From the IMG/VR virus record IMGVR_UViG_3300042535_000037, positions 1-36,030 of that record: 36,030 bases of DNA; one strand, given 5' to 3'. How positions within the stretch are numbered: position 1 is the stretch's first letter; each line of letters opens with the position of its first letter. Source of the stretch: a virus (lineage: Duplodnaviria > Heunggongvirae > Uroviricota > Caudoviricetes). Made by a program: the position numbers and the translations under genes. The notes under the pieces were generated by a model that saw only the letters and a program-made list of their open reading frames with translations, had not been told where the DNA came from and did no database searches. Of this stretch, positions 33,543 through 36,030 are shown one piece after another.

Positions 33543-36030
33543 TCACGGTTTAATTATCATCATTGTAACGCCATTTTCAAGCATCTTACATCCGTTAAGA
33601 TGATACTGCTTAAAACTTTCGTTATCTGGAAACAGCTTTTTCAAAATTTCTCTTAAATCCTTGTTGTCAACAACAACTGTTTTGTTAACTTCATTTTTGA
33701 CATCCTTCAGCTTCAAAATATACTCATTGGAGTGATTATACCACCCAAGGATTACATCAAGTACAATCCTATTCAGCTTACTTGTCAAAAGTAATTGTGT
33801 CTTCTTATTTTTAACATCTTTTCTGCATTCTTCAGCAGAGTGAGGTTTGACCCTCTTAGTTATTTTTTCTCCTTCCAGCTTCCAAGAGCTACCTTCCAGA
33901 ATCTTATTTTCTATTATAAATTCCATTACTTCATTTTTCTCTTTATCATCAAACTTATTGAAATTTACTATTTCGCTAACATTTACAACATTTTTCTTAT
34001 GTTTAAAAGTATCTCTCAAAAACCTGATTGTGTTTCCAAGTACATCATAATTCTTTTGCATTTGCTCAATATTTCTCTTAACGTTATTATCACAATCACT
34101 TCTTCTAAAAATAAATCTGGATGCGGAATCCTTAATTGTTTCTATTCCATCCATTCCATACACTAGGAATGCATTTACGGACCCTACCATATATCCATTC
34201 TTGTAATCTTCATCATAGTGACCTATATTCATATTTTTAGTTAGCTCTAACCAAACCTCTTCACTTGTCACTTCATCTGTCCTACAGAGCATATCCATGA
34301 TTCCAAAATACAAATCAATATCAAATCCAATATTCTTGATATCAACTGATTTTCCATAGAGCCAATCCATTATAGGTTGATACTCGCCTATTAATTTTAG
34401 AACGTTTGGCGGTGCAATTAGATGTTCCTGCTTGACTGCATATCTTGTAACACTTCCCCTATCGCTAAAAACAGGCAAATACTTGACTGTCTCAGAGTCT
34501 CCCCATCGTACAAGTTCCCAAATCTCCTTATGTTTCCATCCAATACAAATCAGAGTACTTCGTACCTTACCTTCAGAGTCTTTAGCTCTACTTCCAGCTT
34601 GCCAAGTGTCCATATAGGTTCTTTCGTGCTGGATTGTATCTCCCATCTCCTTTAAAATAGCTTTTAGTTCCTTTGGAACATCCTTAATCTTGATGGTCCT
34701 GTCACTAAGTCTAATTCCCTTCTTAAACTTTTCAAGAAGAGCTCTATATTCATCTTCAGCCATTCCTTCTTTTTCAGCAAATCTCTTAATTTCCTTATCG
34801 CTAAATGTTTTCCAATCACTTCTCTGCATATAGGCTACATGTTTATAGCTGTCTATAGGCTTACTTGCTTTTCCTAAAAGAATCTGCACTCTCCTATTAC
34901 ACTTAATTCCTCTCGTAAGAGGACTCCCATAGTAAGTCACCAGCACTTTTCCTCTCACTAGATGATATTTATGCTTTTCATCATTTACAAATTGCATATA
35001 GTCATCCATACTACAGAAATTAATTTTTTCTCCATTAATTTCCTTCAGGGAAAGTCTATACTCTAATTCTTCACATATCTTCTTACTTGGGGTCCAAATC
35101 AGAATTCCACTATCTTCATCATCATCAATCTCTCTATAGAAATTAAAATAGTATATCAAATCACAAATCCTATCTATTATCTGGTTTTTATATGCGATAT
35201 TATTGTTCCATCTCCTGATTCCAAAATCATACATACCCTTATTCTTATCGTTGATAATTAGCATCTGTGAATTAGTCTTGAGTGGGTCTCCAAAATGAAT
35301 AGAGTGACAATGTTTCTTAAAGTTCTGAAGATAATAAGCAGGCATTGTAGCATCAGTAAATAAAACAGTTTTTCCTTCTGTCCAGCTCTCAATTGCCTTC
35401 AAAATATTTTCTGTAGTTGGATATATTGTAGTCACTTCATACTCTATTTCATCGTGCTCCATATCAGGGAATCTTCTCTTATACACAACAAATTCATCAT
35501 CCTGAATCAATTGAAGTACTTTCAAAGCCCATTCTACCTTAGCAGAGTTTTTAACACTCTTCCCTATGATTACATCTTCCATTTCTATATAGTATTGTGA
35601 AAACTCATTCCTGATTGCTTCCAGCTTAGAAGTTATTATTTTCTTGTTGAATTTACCCTTTTTAACATATGTAGCAGTAGGAATAGTACTTAAAATATTT
35701 TTGACATATCTTGGGTCTCTGAGGTCTATTTCTCCACTTAAATCCATATCTATATATTTTTTACAACAGTTAAGTGTAAAGTCTCCAAAGAAAGTAGTTA
35801 CCATTTTTACGATGCTATCTATTTTCTTGTAATTGTAACCATTTTCCTTTAAATTATTCAAGTATCTCAAAAATTCCAATTGCTGCTTCATTACATTAGT
35901 TGTTACTTTTTCTGTTTTATTTACTCTATTAATTTCCTTTGTGTATATGTCCAAACCGCCCTGAAAGTCCGAGAGGTACTGACCAATCTCATCAAAGAAA
36001 ATAATGTCCATCTTACTGATTAGGTCCGTG
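33543..36030 (-). CDS. Large SF2-helicase-like protein, 5'-truncated at the window edge
   Basis: Frame stays open to the edge (TDLISK precedes MDIIFFDE); IIFFDE Walker-B-like, TDATMP motif III-like, LIWTPSK motif IV-like, TRGI motif V-like, QAGSR motif VI-like; Walker A not in the window. Confidence 0.6.
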   Translation of the reverse strand, partial: TDLISKMDIIFFDEIGQYLSDFQGGLDIYTKEINRVNKTEKVTTNVMKQQLEFLRYLNNLKENGYNYKKIDSIVKMVTTFFGDFTLNCCKKYIDMDLSGEIDLRDPRYVKNILSTIPTATYVKKGKFNKKIITSKLEAIRNEFSQYYIEMEDVIIGKSVKNSAKVEWALKVLQLIQDDEFVVYKRRFPDMEHDEIEYEVTTIYPTTENILKAIESWTEGKTVLFTDATMPAYYLQNFKKHCHSIHFGDPLKTNSQMLIINDKNKGMYDFGIRRWNNNIAYKNQIIDRICDLIYYFNFYREIDDDEDSGILIWTPSKKICEELEYRLSLKEINGEKINFCSMDDYMQFVNDEKHKYHLVRGKVLVTYYGSPLTRGIKCNRRVQILLGKASKPIDSYKHVAYMQRSDWKTFSDKEIKRFAEKEGMAEDEYRALLEKFKKGIRLSDRTIKIKDVPKELKAILKEMGDTIQHERTYMDTWQAGSRAKDSEGKVRSTLICIGWKHKEIWELVRWGDSETVKYLPVFSDRGSVTRYAVKQEHLIAPPNVLKLIGEYQPIMDWLYGKSVDIKNIGFDIDLYFGIMDMLCRTDEVTSEEVWLELTKNMNIGHYDEDYKNGYMVGSVNAFLVYGMDGIETIKDSASRFIFRRSDCDNNVKRNIEQMQKNYDVLGNTIRFLRDTFKHKKNVVNVSEIVNFNKFDDKEKNEVMEFIIENKILEGSSWKLEGEKITKRVKPHSAEECRKDVKNKKTQLLLTSKLNRIVLDVILGWYNHSNEYILKLKDVKNEVNKTVVVDNKDLREILKKLFPDNESFKQYHLNGCKMLENGVTMMIIKP

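Noticed and set aside
33795-35832. Several short + strand ORFs (61-123 aa)
   Set aside because: Antisense to the long helicase-like ORF, with low-complexity F/L/I/S translations
1-36030. tRNA/rRNA genes and head-tail virion genes
   Set aside because: No cloverleaf or T-loop motifs, and no terminase, portal or HK97 capsid signatures recognised by eye; absence applies only to this window

Overview
This 36 kb window reads as a segment of a large archaeal virus or extrachromosomal element. Support: TTTATATA-type TATA boxes, GGTGA/GAGGT ribosome-binding sites, archaeal-type replisome genes, dense mostly + strand gene packing, and no rRNA, tRNA or ribosomal-protein genes seen. A methanogen-like (Methanosarcinales-type) host is my inference. 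No capsid, portal or terminase gene was recognised. Layout: (i) 0.3-7.2 kb, a membrane/surface module with large anchored PEGA/Ig-like proteins, a CPBP protease, an M50-like protein and a small 2-TM protein; (ii) 7.2-13.5 kb, accessory genes including a transglutaminase-like gene bracketed by an exact 52-bp promoter duplication, a GHKL ATPase-HExxH fusion and Pth2; (iii) 13.5-33.5 kb, a replication/repair module with class II RNR, OB-fold protein, AAA_24 ATPase, PCNA-like protein, fused PriS-PriL primase, ERCC4 nuclease, RFC-S, GIY-YIG, Cas4-like nuclease, PolB, XPD/DinG helicase and RFC-L; (iv) an edge-truncated minus-strand SF2-helicase-like gene. The standout sits inside the replication module: a catalytically intact, compact (379 aa) IS605-type TnpB with no TnpA and no cas1/cas2. 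It is followed by a structured omegaRNA-like 104-nt segment that runs directly into a 6-repeat/5-spacer CRISPR array of 37-nt repeats ending ATTGAAAC. This is a candidate virus-borne TnpB-to-Cas12 (type V) evolutionary intermediate.
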